A stretch of 64,000 nt of DNA. Source: Promethearchaeota archaeon (GTDB lineage: Archaea; Asgardarchaeota; Lokiarchaeia; Sigyniarchaeales; SOKP01). Numbering within the stretch: the first letter of the stretch is position 1; every line of letters begins with the position of its first letter. A model generated the notes under the pieces. That model was not told the DNA's origin. It searched no databases and worked only from the letters and a program-made list of their open reading frames with translations. Below, piece by piece: positions 39,244-48,967 of the stretch. Made by a program: the position numbers and the translations under genes. Location: positions 224,001-288,000 of the forward strand of contig JAUVNS010000002.1 in assembly GCA_030599585.1 (NCBI GenBank). Direction: 5' to 3'.

Positions 39244-40206
39244 TTACCTCTCAATTTTGCCGGGAAGAAAGAAGTCATATTTTTTCTTAAAGATTTTAGT
39301 TTTAAGAAATCTATCAAAGTGTCTAACCTTTTGAAAAATAACCCACATTCTACTGTCGCTTTTGTAATATTTTTCAATTTCTTCTAATGTTAACGGTTCA
39401 ATCTTGAAATCCTTAGCTTCTTCTTGGAAGAATTTATTGACAAGGTTAATCAATTCAGGGATGAGTTCTGATTTTTGTTCCTTAAAGAAATTTGCTACTA
39501 AATCAATTGTAACCTTCCTCCAATCGTAATATCTCCCTATCGTTTCTTCAAGAAATAAAGCTTTTAACAACCACCGTAGAAATGAAGGGGCACTTTTCAA
39601 AAAAAGGACTGCCTCCATCGCTTCATTACCATCAACTCTAAACATTGGTGTACTCGTATCGAAATAGATTAGTTTTGAATCAAGATCAACTTTAGGACTG
39701 TTCGGATCGAAACCAACAATGGCAAAATTAGATATTTGACCATCTAATCCTAAATCTATAGTATTATGGTTTTTACTGTAATCCCACACTTTCTTCATTT
39801 CTCTCATTACAAGTAGAATTAAAGTTTTAATATCTTGATCGCTCAATTTATGAATTACTTTATTCCCTACTGATTCTGCAGGGAATTTTTCTTGAACGCA
39901 ATAGAATTGAATTTTCCCCTCTTCGTCTTTGAACCATGCTACATCGTATTCAGGCAGATTTATCCCCACATCTTCTTTTAAAAGCCTATTATATTCGTTA
40001 TAGGCCCAAATATGCCTTTCGACTTGCATTTCATTATCAAAAATTGGAATCCTTTTATAGGCTATTTGTTCTGAGCTGTTCAAAAGCTCAAAAACAAGGC
40101 TTATTTCACCGTAACCTAAAATTTTTATCGGTACTTCTCCATTTTCGGGATTATAAATATCGATTGACCGCTCTAACTTCTTCAAAATCTCAATATCAAT
40201 TTTCAC
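39244..40206 (-). CDS. Hypothetical protein (DUF6206-like)
   Basis: LGYGEISLV, GLDGQISN, YFDTSTP motifs. Confidence 0.5.
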   Translation of the reverse strand: MKIDIEILKKLERSIDIYNPENGEVPIKILGYGEISLVFELLNSSEQIAYKRIPIFDNEMQVERHIWAYNEYNRLLKEDVGINLPEYDVAWFKDEEGKIQFYCVQEKFPAESVGNKVIHKLSDQDIKTLILLVMREMKKVWDYSKNHNTIDLGLDGQISNFAIVGFDPNSPKVDLDSKLIYFDTSTPMFRVDGNEAMEAVLFLKSAPSFLRWLLKALFLEETIGRYYDWRKVTIDLVANFFKEQKSELIPELINLVNKFFQEEAKDFKIEPLTLEEIEKYYKSDSRMWVIFQKVRHFDRFLKTKIFKKKYDFFLPGKIER

Positions 40207-40281
40207 ATTTAATCAATTCACTTGTGTAATATTTAAAAAAATTAACTTAAATCTTTATAAAATTAACTCAAAAGTTCAATA

Positions 40282-41325
40282 TTAATATTTTCCAAATTTT
40301 TCTACTAAGGTTTTTGCAACTCCTAAATTTCTGCTTGCCATAGCAAATGGTTCCCAGGGCCACTCACATCCTGCGGCATACATAAACATCCCACTTGGTT
40401 TTCCAAATTCGATTGTTTTTTCCACTTCGCTAATAACATCACTAATTGAATAAGTTGTGCTTCCCAATATCTGCGTGTTAGTATTCCCTCTAATACAATT
40501 ATTTGTCCCGATCTTCTCTTTAGCTAATTTTAAGTCTATTTGATAATCTAAATCTAAAATTGCCGCGTTTGTATGTGATATTAACTTAAGCATGTCTCTC
40601 CCTTCCTTATCTATCACCGAATTATCGCCACACACATGGTATAACACCGGAACTTTACCTTGAATATTGTCGAATAGTTCTTTTGTTGCCTTCAAACAGC
40701 ATTTTTCATACCGCATTGGACCAATCTGAGATATTGCAGAATCACCAGCTCCAATAATATCCGCTCCAACTTCGATCTGCATTTTAGCGAACTCTTTTTG
40801 TATTGGTAGTATTCGATTTATGAGATCTTTTATTTTTTTTTCCCAATCATGATGTTTACATAACATCAGAACATTTACCATATCGAATAGGCAACAAATT
40901 TCAGCAAATGGGGCTTCTATCCATCCGACAATGCATTGTTCATCTCCAGCTTTTTCGCTCAATATTTTGACAGCGTTAACCCTATTCATTATTCTCTTGT
41001 TTGAATTTAAATCAGGTATTTCGAGCGAGTCAAATTCAGAAATTTTTAAATGTGATCTAGCTACAGGAGTATGACTGGACCAATCAATTTCTACACCCCA
41101 AGCGTTAGCTTCACGATACGCGTCTGTTGAGACATTAACATGGTCAATTCCAAAAAATTTAGCGCATTTTATTTGGGCACTAGCTAAAATTTCTGGGTTT
41201 TGACAATATTCGCGGTTATAATCAACATCCAAAAAAGATGCAGCTAAATGCATAATGAAGGGATTGAATGGTATTTTTTCCGGAATGCCTTTTATCGCTG
41301 AAAGGGTTAAATCTAATGAATTCAT
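40282..41325 (-). CDS. Uroporphyrinogen decarboxylase / MtaA-CmuA-like methyltransferase family protein
   Basis: Zn motif LYHVCG and C-terminal AGCE; GADII. Confidence 0.8.
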   Translation of the reverse strand: MNSLDLTLSAIKGIPEKIPFNPFIMHLAASFLDVDYNREYCQNPEILASAQIKCAKFFGIDHVNVSTDAYREANAWGVEIDWSSHTPVARSHLKISEFDSLEIPDLNSNKRIMNRVNAVKILSEKAGDEQCIVGWIEAPFAEICCLFDMVNVLMLCKHHDWEKKIKDLINRILPIQKEFAKMQIEVGADIIGAGDSAISQIGPMRYEKCCLKATKELFDNIQGKVPVLYHVCGDNSVIDKEGRDMLKLISHTNAAILDLDYQIDLKLAKEKIGTNNCIRGNTNTQILGSTTYSISDVISEVEKTIEFGKPSGMFMYAAGCEWPWEPFAMASRNLGVAKTLVEKFGKY

Positions 41326-41333
41326 ATCAACTT

Positions 41334-41813
41334 TTAACTTGTAGAAATTTGTTTTTTAATTCTTTTTTTTCTTGTTTGTTGGAATTCAAGATATGCTCCA
41401 AAATCGTCATATGTGTCGATATACGCGACTTTTTGTACACCAGCAGTAATTCCTTCATGAACGACTAAATATCCTCGTTCTATATATTTTTTTACTAAGG
41501 CATCAACATCTTCAACAAATATACCAAAATGATGGAGGCCTTCTTTACCTGCATCAATAAACTCTTTAAAAATACATTCGCCCGCTATAAGTTGTATTAA
41601 TTCGATTTGAACGTTTAATGATCTACTAAAGCCAATCGTAGTTTGGATAATTGTTTCTTTACCTCGATAGTTATACGTAGTTGGTTTATTTTCCAGAAAA
41701 GCAAATTTAGGCAATCCGAAATTCTCTTCTAAAATGCGCGCTTGTTTTTTAATATCTCTATATACATATCCTAACTGATTAATTTTTAAATTTCCTAAAT
41801 TTAGTTCACTCAT
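41334..41813 (-). CDS. VOC/glyoxalase family protein (methylmalonyl-CoA epimerase-like)
   Basis: QLGYVYRD, IELIQ, EGLHHFG, AYIDT. Confidence 0.8.
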   Translation of the reverse strand: MSELNLGNLKINQLGYVYRDIKKQARILEENFGLPKFAFLENKPTTYNYRGKETIIQTTIGFSRSLNVQIELIQLIAGECIFKEFIDAGKEGLHHFGIFVEDVDALVKKYIERGYLVVHEGITAGVQKVAYIDTYDDFGAYLEFQQTRKKRIKKQISTS

Positions 41814-41904
41814 TAATTCATAACCTATATCATAGTTTCTTCCAAAATTTATATTATATATTAAATTTGGATAACTTTTTATTTATAACAAATTTTTTTT
41901 TCTC

Positions 41905-43785
41905 ATGGAGAATTTAAGAGAAGCTAACATACCAAGACCAGAATACCCTAGACCTCAATTTGTAAGGGAAGGCAATTGGATTAACCTTAACGGAGAGTGG
42001 GATTTTAGTTTTGACGATGCAGATATAGGATTAAAAGAACGATGGTATAAAAAAGAAAACTCAAAGAATTTTGATAGAAAAATAATGGTTCCTTTTTGTT
42101 TTCAAAGCAAATTAAGTGGAATCGAAGATAATTCCTTTCATGATATAATATGGTATAGAAGAGTATTTGATATCCCTAAAAAATTCAATGATAAGAAAGT
42201 GTTACTTCATTTTGGAGCGGTTGATTATAGATGTTTGATATATTTAAATGGGGAATGTGTAGGCTCTCACGAAGGAGGATTTGTTGGATTTTCGCTGAAT
42301 ATAACACAATTTCTTGAAGGTCCAAATGTTTTAGTTGTTAGAGTAGAAGATCCTTCTGAAGATCTTGAGATTCCGAGAGGAAAACAGTTTTGGAAAACTG
42401 AAATTGAGACGATCTTTTATCCGAGAGTATCAGGTATTTGGCAAACGGTTTGGGTGGAATTTTTATCACCAGATTTTAGTATTGATAATGTTAAAATTAC
42501 TCCTGATATCGAAAAATCTGAAGTTATATTTGAAGTTAATATAGAGGGGCAAGGTTTTCCAAAGTTATCTTTAGGCATTAATATTTTGTCTGGTAATCAA
42601 TCCATTGCTCAAGATAGTATTAATTTAGATTTCATAGGAAAAATCGGTAGTAGAAAGAATAAGAAAGTCTTGAAAGAAAAGATTGAACTGTTCAGCAAAA
42701 AAATGTTCTATGATAATCTATTTCGCTTTAGATTCATGGTCAAAATACCCGAAGATCAATTAGTTCTTTGGGATATTAATAGCCCATATTTGTATGACTT
42801 CTCACTAAAAATTCAAAATGATGAAACAGGTGAAATTTATGACGAGATATCAAGTTATTTCGGCATGAGGAAGATATCATTGGGGGATGGAAATAATCAA
42901 AAAAGAATTTTTCTAAATGATAAACCTTTATATCAAAAATTGTTTCTGGTGCAAGGATATTGGCCTGATAGTTTATATACTCCCCCCTCTGATGAACACA
43001 TAAAAAGAGATATTCAATTTGTTATCGATTTTGGATTTAACGGTTTAAGAACACATCAAAAAACCTTTGATCCCCGATTTTTATATTGGTGTGATAAAAT
43101 GGGCGTATTAGTGTGGGGCGAAATCGGAAATTGTTACCGATTCTCTGTGAAATCACAACTACGACTTATTAACGAATTTGTAGCTGAAATTGAGCGAGAT
43201 TATAACCACCCTTCAATTATTGCCTGGGTACCCTTAAACGAAGGTTGGGGGGTTTCTGGAGCAGAAAAAGATCCAAAAAGAGGTTATTATACATCTTCCT
43301 TATATTTCTTAATAAAATCCATTGATTCCACTCGATTAATAATAGATGACGATGGGTGGTGGCATACGGAGCATAACGATATATGTACCCGACACTTTTA
43401 TTCTACATCTGATTTATTACCAGCAACATTAGATGAAGAAATTAGTAGTCATAAAACCTCGGCTCCTAAACCATATCTAAAACCCTCTGAATACAAAGGT
43501 GAACCTATAATTTACAGTGAAATAGGAGGATTTGGTTTTGATTTCAAAGAAGATATTAGTAAAAAATGGGGATATGGAGGACTTATTGAAGATCCTGAAG
43601 AATTATTTGAAAGGGTATTAACATTACTTAAGGAATTCGATGTTAGAAAAGAGTGGATTCAAGGATTTTGTTATACTGAACTTTACGACCAATTTCAGGA
43701 AATTAATGGTTTACTAACATTTGACCGAGAACCTAAATTTCCACCTAAAAAATTAAAAGAAAAACTAGATGCTATGTTTTACTAA
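41905..43785 (+). CDS. Glycoside hydrolase family 2
   Basis: PRPEYPRPQ, LHFGAVDY, NHPSIIAWVPLNEGWG, SEIGG, GFCYTELYDQFQEING. Confidence 0.9.
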   Translation: MENLREANIPRPEYPRPQFVREGNWINLNGEWDFSFDDADIGLKERWYKKENSKNFDRKIMVPFCFQSKLSGIEDNSFHDIIWYRRVFDIPKKFNDKKVLLHFGAVDYRCLIYLNGECVGSHEGGFVGFSLNITQFLEGPNVLVVRVEDPSEDLEIPRGKQFWKTEIETIFYPRVSGIWQTVWVEFLSPDFSIDNVKITPDIEKSEVIFEVNIEGQGFPKLSLGINILSGNQSIAQDSINLDFIGKIGSRKNKKVLKEKIELFSKKMFYDNLFRFRFMVKIPEDQLVLWDINSPYLYDFSLKIQNDETGEIYDEISSYFGMRKISLGDGNNQKRIFLNDKPLYQKLFLVQGYWPDSLYTPPSDEHIKRDIQFVIDFGFNGLRTHQKTFDPRFLYWCDKMGVLVWGEIGNCYRFSVKSQLRLINEFVAEIERDYNHPSIIAWVPLNEGWGVSGAEKDPKRGYYTSSLYFLIKSIDSTRLIIDDDGWWHTEHNDICTRHFYSTSDLLPATLDEEISSHKTSAPKPYLKPSEYKGEPIIYSEIGGFGFDFKEDISKKWGYGGLIEDPEELFERVLTLLKEFDVRKEWIQGFCYTELYDQFQEINGLLTFDREPKFPPKKLKEKLDAMFY

Positions 43786-43860
43786 CCTAGTTTTATATTT
43801 CTTCCAGAATATTACATATTAAAGTTAGACTAGAATAGAATTAGTGGGATTGAAAATATT

Positions 43861-44676
43861 ATGGCCCGCCCTTTATGGTTTGTAAATTTATTGAAATTTA
43901 CGTTTCCAAATATAAAATTAATTGCAAAATTGACAAGGATTCCTATTATAGGAAAAGTTTTTGATTTATTACTTTTTGAAGGAGACGAAATCATTTACTT
44001 AACGAAAGATCGAATTATTTCAATCAATAAAGAAATTGAGAAACAAGGGGAAATGGTGTTGCCCTCAAAAGTTTTGGAACACTTCATAGAAAAAGCTAAC
44101 TATCATTGGGTAATGAATTTCTGTATATGTAGAGATTCAATGCAGTGTAATGACTATCCAATTGATTTAGGATGTTTATTTCTGGGAGAAGCTGTTTTAG
44201 GAATTAACCCTCAATTGGGACACCTTGTATCAAAGGAAGAAGCCCTTGATCACCTAAGAAAATGTAAGGAAGCGGGATTAGTTCATATGATAGGCAGAAA
44301 TCGATTAGATAAGCAATGGCTTGGAGTAAAGCCAGGACATAAACTTCTTAGTATATGTAATTGCGATCCTTGTTGTTGTTTATGGCGTATATCTCCCGTA
44401 TTAGCCTCTAAGATTGGTGTTAAAATACAAAAAATGCCTGGAGTAGCCCTAAAGGTGACGGAAAAATGTATAGGGTGTGGAACTTGCATGCAAGGAATTT
44501 GTTTTGTCGATGCGATTCACATGGTTGACAACCATGCTAGTATAAGTAAAGAATGTAGAGGTTGTGGTCGATGTGTTGAGATTTGCCCTCAAAAAGCAAT
44601 TGAAATAACTATAAATGATATTGAGTTTGTCGAGAAATCAATCAAACAAATTGAAAGAATTATTGACGTTACCTAG
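43861..44676 (+). CDS. 4Fe-4S ferredoxin-domain protein
   Basis: CICR, CNCDPCCC and two ferredoxin motifs; same family pattern as 13184-14332. Confidence 0.75.
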   Translation: MARPLWFVNLLKFTFPNIKLIAKLTRIPIIGKVFDLLLFEGDEIIYLTKDRIISINKEIEKQGEMVLPSKVLEHFIEKANYHWVMNFCICRDSMQCNDYPIDLGCLFLGEAVLGINPQLGHLVSKEEALDHLRKCKEAGLVHMIGRNRLDKQWLGVKPGHKLLSICNCDPCCCLWRISPVLASKIGVKIQKMPGVALKVTEKCIGCGTCMQGICFVDAIHMVDNHASISKECRGCGRCVEICPQKAIEITINDIEFVEKSIKQIERIIDVT

Positions 44677-44710
44677 TTTTATATCTTACCAATCTTAATT
44701 CATTAATGAA

Positions 44711-45829
44711 ATGAGGATTAAGGACTTCAAATTGGAAGATTATTTCGCAAAGTATGAATTTAACGTTAAATATACACTTTGTTCTTCGGATTGCGAATCA
44801 TTTAGCGTAGACGAATTGTTAAATATAGAAAAGGGTTCCTTAGAAGATTTTAAAAAAGTTTGGTTAGGGTATACTGAATCTTTAGGCAATCCGATATTGA
44901 GAGAAGAAATATCGAAATTGTATCGAAATATTAATCCTGAAGAAGTTATTGTATTTTCCGGGGCTGAAGAGGCTATTTTTATATTTATGAATGTTTTATT
45001 GAAAAAGGACGACCATATAATTGTTCAGTATCCAGCATACCAATCTCTCTACGAAATAGCTAATGCGATTGGATGTAAAGTTACGAAGTGGTTAATGGAC
45101 GATGAGACTGATTGGGAACTTGATTTACAATTTTTAGAATCTAACCTAACTCAATCTACAAAATGTATTGTTGTTAACTTCCCTCATAATCCTACTGGTT
45201 ACCTTCCTACTGAAGATTTTTATAAAAGAATAATTAATATCGCAAAAAAAAATAACATTTATGTGCTTTCTGATGAAGTATATAGACTCTTAGAGTATAG
45301 TAGAGCCGAAAGATTGCCTCCTGCTTGCGATCTTTACGATAAAGGAATTTCCATTGGTGTAATGTCCAAATCTTTTGGTTTAGCGGGATTAAGAATTGGG
45401 TGGATTGCATCAAAAGACAGAGAGCTATATGAAGCAATGGCCTCTTTTAAGAATTATACGACTATTTGTAATAGTGCTCCAAGTGAGTTCTTTTCGATAT
45501 TAGCTCTGAGAAATAAGGATATTATAATTAAGAGGAATTTAGAGATTATTAAAAATAACCTCAAATTTTTAGACGAATTCTTTAGTAAATTTGATAAATT
45601 TTTTACTTGGGTAAGGCCTAAAGCGGGTTCGGTTGCTTTTCCAGGGTTGCTAATTGAACAGGATACTGAAAAATTTTGTCTTGATTTATTAGAAAAGAAA
45701 GGAGTGTTATTAATGCCAAGCACTCAATTCAATTATGGAACCTCCCACTTTAGAATTGGATTTGGTCGGAAGAACTTACCTGATGCCTTACAGCATTTTG
45801 ATAACTTTATGACTGAAAATTATGGCTAA
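44711..45829 (+). CDS. PLP-dependent aminotransferase class I/II
   Basis: NFPHNPTG, SDEVY, MSKSFGLAGLRIGW. Confidence 0.92.
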   Translation: MRIKDFKLEDYFAKYEFNVKYTLCSSDCESFSVDELLNIEKGSLEDFKKVWLGYTESLGNPILREEISKLYRNINPEEVIVFSGAEEAIFIFMNVLLKKDDHIIVQYPAYQSLYEIANAIGCKVTKWLMDDETDWELDLQFLESNLTQSTKCIVVNFPHNPTGYLPTEDFYKRIINIAKKNNIYVLSDEVYRLLEYSRAERLPPACDLYDKGISIGVMSKSFGLAGLRIGWIASKDRELYEAMASFKNYTTICNSAPSEFFSILALRNKDIIIKRNLEIIKNNLKFLDEFFSKFDKFFTWVRPKAGSVAFPGLLIEQDTEKFCLDLLEKKGVLLMPSTQFNYGTSHFRIGFGRKNLPDALQHFDNFMTENYG

Positions 45830-46158
45830 TAATAATTGTAGAACATTTTCAATGGTTATCTGGGAGAAATTCTGAAATATTTACTATTGAATTTTTGAAT
45901 ACTTAAACTATAAAGGCAATGTAACTCTCTTTTACTAAATATTGGGTTATTTTTTAGTAATTATTACTTCTTAATATTGAAGATTTATTCATCGATTTAA
46001 ATGATGCTTTTTTGATAAATGCATCAATTCTAATTTCTTCCTTTGAGATGGGGTAGTTAATTATTTTAGTGAATATTCCCGCTCATAGATTTATCCATAA
46101 TAAAACAATGATATATGAGTAGGTTATACCCATAAAAGAAAGAATAATATGAATAAAA

Positions 46159-47580
46159 ATGTTAAAAGAAACACAAAGAATGACCGGAACGGTCAAATGG
46201 TATAATGAGAAGAAAGGGTTTGGATTTATAACCCTTGATAGGGATGGTAAGGATATTTTTTTACACCATACTGCCCTGCAACCAAATGAAGATAATAATA
46301 TCACTAGTGGTGATAGCCTTACTTTCACAATTAAACCACAAAAAAAAGGTCTTGCTGCTAAGGAAGTAACACGGTTAGACGAAGTTGTGCAATCTAAGAT
46401 ATCAAAAAAAAATAAACCATTACAATACAACCAAATTGATAGTGGTTTAAAATTTGCTGATCTTGATTTAGACTCTAAGATTTTAGAGGCAGTAAGAGAT
46501 TCGGGATATGAGGCTCCGACACCAATTCAAGCTCAAGCAATCCCTATTATATTGAATGGAAAAGATATACTAGGTTGTGCTCAGACAGGGACTGGAAAAA
46601 CTGCTGCTTTCGCTCTTCCTATCTTGCAACGATTAGTTAGTACAAAGAACAATAATAACATGAAAACCAAGCGTAAAATCAGTGTTTTAGTAGTTGCTCC
46701 TACAAGAGAGCTTGCAATCCAAATTAAAGACAGTTTTAATATTTATGGAAAATATACTGGACTTAGAAATACTGTTGTATATGGAGGGGTTGGACAAAAC
46801 CCACAAGTGAAAAAATTACAACAAGGAGTAGACATTTTGATTGCAACTCCTGGTAGACTTCTTGATTTGATCAGACAAGGTCATATTAACCTCGGTTATG
46901 TTGAATTTTTGATTCTAGACGAAGGTGATAGAATGCTTGATATGGGTTTCATCAAAGATATACGTACAATCATTAACTATATACCTAAGAACCGACAGAC
47001 CCTACTTTTTTCTGCTACGATACCACCTGAAGTTAAAAAGCTGGCCAATAGTATTCTAAATGCACCCATAAGAATAGATATATCACCAGAACAACCAACC
47101 TTGGAAAGTCTTAAACAATCTGTATTTTTAATATCCAAAAATAAAAAGCAAGCATTATTGCAAAAGTTACTCCTCGATAAATCGATTAAACGAGCATTAG
47201 TTTTTATGCGCACAAAACACGGCGCCAATCGAGTTGTTAAGAATTTAAAAAAGAAGGGAATACGCACTGATGCTATACACGGGAATAAATCACAAAGTGC
47301 ACGTCAAAAAGCGCTTCAAAGCTTTCGTACTGGAGCAATACGTGTTCTAGTAGCTACAGATGTCGCTTCTCGCGGAATCGATGTAGATGAAATCTCACAC
47401 GTCATACAATTTGATTTACCAAATGAACCGGAAACTTTTTTACATCGCATTGGGAGGACGGCAAGAGCAGGTGCTGGAGGGACAGCCTACGCTTTCTGCG
47501 AGGAGACTGAACTGCCCAAGTTAAAAAAAATCGAGAAGTTAATTCGAATGCGATTAAAAATAGTAAAAAATTATATCTAA
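46159..47580 (+). CDS. Cold-shock domain fused to RhlE-like DEAD-box RNA helicase
   Basis: GTVKWYNEKKGFGFI...DIFLHH (RNP1/RNP2), then Q motif, AQTGTGKT, PTRELA, DEGD, SAT, HRIGRTAR. Confidence 0.92.
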   Translation: MLKETQRMTGTVKWYNEKKGFGFITLDRDGKDIFLHHTALQPNEDNNITSGDSLTFTIKPQKKGLAAKEVTRLDEVVQSKISKKNKPLQYNQIDSGLKFADLDLDSKILEAVRDSGYEAPTPIQAQAIPIILNGKDILGCAQTGTGKTAAFALPILQRLVSTKNNNNMKTKRKISVLVVAPTRELAIQIKDSFNIYGKYTGLRNTVVYGGVGQNPQVKKLQQGVDILIATPGRLLDLIRQGHINLGYVEFLILDEGDRMLDMGFIKDIRTIINYIPKNRQTLLFSATIPPEVKKLANSILNAPIRIDISPEQPTLESLKQSVFLISKNKKQALLQKLLLDKSIKRALVFMRTKHGANRVVKNLKKKGIRTDAIHGNKSQSARQKALQSFRTGAIRVLVATDVASRGIDVDEISHVIQFDLPNEPETFLHRIGRTARAGAGGTAYAFCEETELPKLKKIEKLIRMRLKIVKNYI

Positions 47581-47786
47581 ATCGTTAAATTTACGAGTAG
47601 TCTATTTATTCTTACTATTCTTTCGGCTTTTATATTAAAAGCTGGATTAATAGAAATAAATTAACGCTGCCAAAGATTCCTAAGACGATCCAAGTATAAA
47701 AACCCACAACTGTCGAATCTTTCGTCTTTTTTTTCATGATAAATCCTACTGTATGGACAATAAAGCTTGCTGAAGATAGTGTGTAT

Positions 47787-47954
47787 GCTTTCTGTTTAGA
47801 CCTCTTGAAAGAAAAAAGTGTGTTGTTAATGCCAAGCACTTACTACGATTATGGTGATCGCCATTTCAGTATAGAATTTGGGAGAAAAAATATGCCAGAA
47901 GCATTACAAATGTTAGAACTATATATTAAAGAAAAATACAAAGACCTATTCTAG
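47787..47954 (+). pseudogene. C-terminal remnant of an aminotransferase paralog/allele
   Basis: FCLDLLKEKSVLLMPSTYYDYGDRHFSIEFGRKNMPEALQ parallels FCLDLLEKKGVLLMPSTQFNYGTSHFRIGFGRKNLPDALQ of 44711-45829. Confidence 0.85.
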
Positions 47955-47963
47955 ATGATCATG

Positions 47964-48848
47964 TTATATGTCTAATCCATTCATTTTCCCTAGAACTTTA
48001 TATAATCCTTGACTTCCTAAGTTCTCTAAACCTAAAGCCATAGCGTACATATAAAATTGATATGCGAGAGCAAGCCCGGGTAAAGACAAATTCATTAATT
48101 TTGCTTCTTTTAGTGCGATTCCCATATCTTTTACGAAGTGTTTAATAAAAAATCCAGGTTCAAAATTACTTTTGGCAATTCGAGGACCTAAATTGTTTAT
48201 TGACCAACATTCCGCAGCGCCCTTTCCAATTACGTTAATTACTTCGTTTAAGTCATTTCCAGCTTTATAGGCATATAAAAGGGATTCGATAGTGCCAATC
48301 ATTGTAGAAGCTATAAGAATTTGATTACTCATTTTAGTGTGTTGTCCTGCACCTTCTTTACCCATATACGAGATGTTTTTTCCCATTAAATTGAAGAAGG
48401 GTAATACTGTTTCATATGCTTCTTTATCACCACCAATCATAATAGCTAAAGTCCCGTTTTTTGCACCAACATCTCCACCCGAAACTGGCGCATCTAAAGA
48501 TGACACTCCCAATTTCTTCGCCTCGTTATAAATCCTTTGAGCGAGAGAAGGCTCAGAAGTAGTCATATCAACAATAATTGATTTTTTTTTTATTGTTTTT
48601 AAAATACCATTTTCTCCTAAATACACCTCCTCAACATCAAGAGGAAATCCTACAATCGTAAATAGAATGTCACTTTTTTCAGCAACTTCTTTAGGACTTG
48701 AGCACCAAATGGCACCTATTTGGACTAAATCATCAGCTTTTTCTTTTGTCCTATTATATACTGAAACAGAATATCCAGCGTTCAAGATATGAGCGCACAT
48801 CGATTTTCCCATTACACCTGTTCCTATCCAGCCAATATGTTTATCCAT
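47964..48848 (-). CDS. 3-hydroxyisobutyrate dehydrogenase / beta-hydroxyacid dehydrogenase family
   Basis: IGWIGTGVMG, LDAPVSGGDVGA, GAGQHTKMSNQ. Confidence 0.9.
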   Translation of the reverse strand: MDKHIGWIGTGVMGKSMCAHILNAGYSVSVYNRTKEKADDLVQIGAIWCSSPKEVAEKSDILFTIVGFPLDVEEVYLGENGILKTIKKKSIIVDMTTSEPSLAQRIYNEAKKLGVSSLDAPVSGGDVGAKNGTLAIMIGGDKEAYETVLPFFNLMGKNISYMGKEGAGQHTKMSNQILIASTMIGTIESLLYAYKAGNDLNEVINVIGKGAAECWSINNLGPRIAKSNFEPGFFIKHFVKDMGIALKEAKLMNLSLPGLALAYQFYMYAMALGLENLGSQGLYKVLGKMNGLDI

Positions 48849-48967
48849 ATATTATTAACACCATTTTTATTAAACTACTTTAGTAATTAAAGAAGAGATT
48901 AGTTTAAATAAATTAGTAAACTTTTTCATAAAAATATATATGAGATATTAAGAGTTATATGTAGAAT

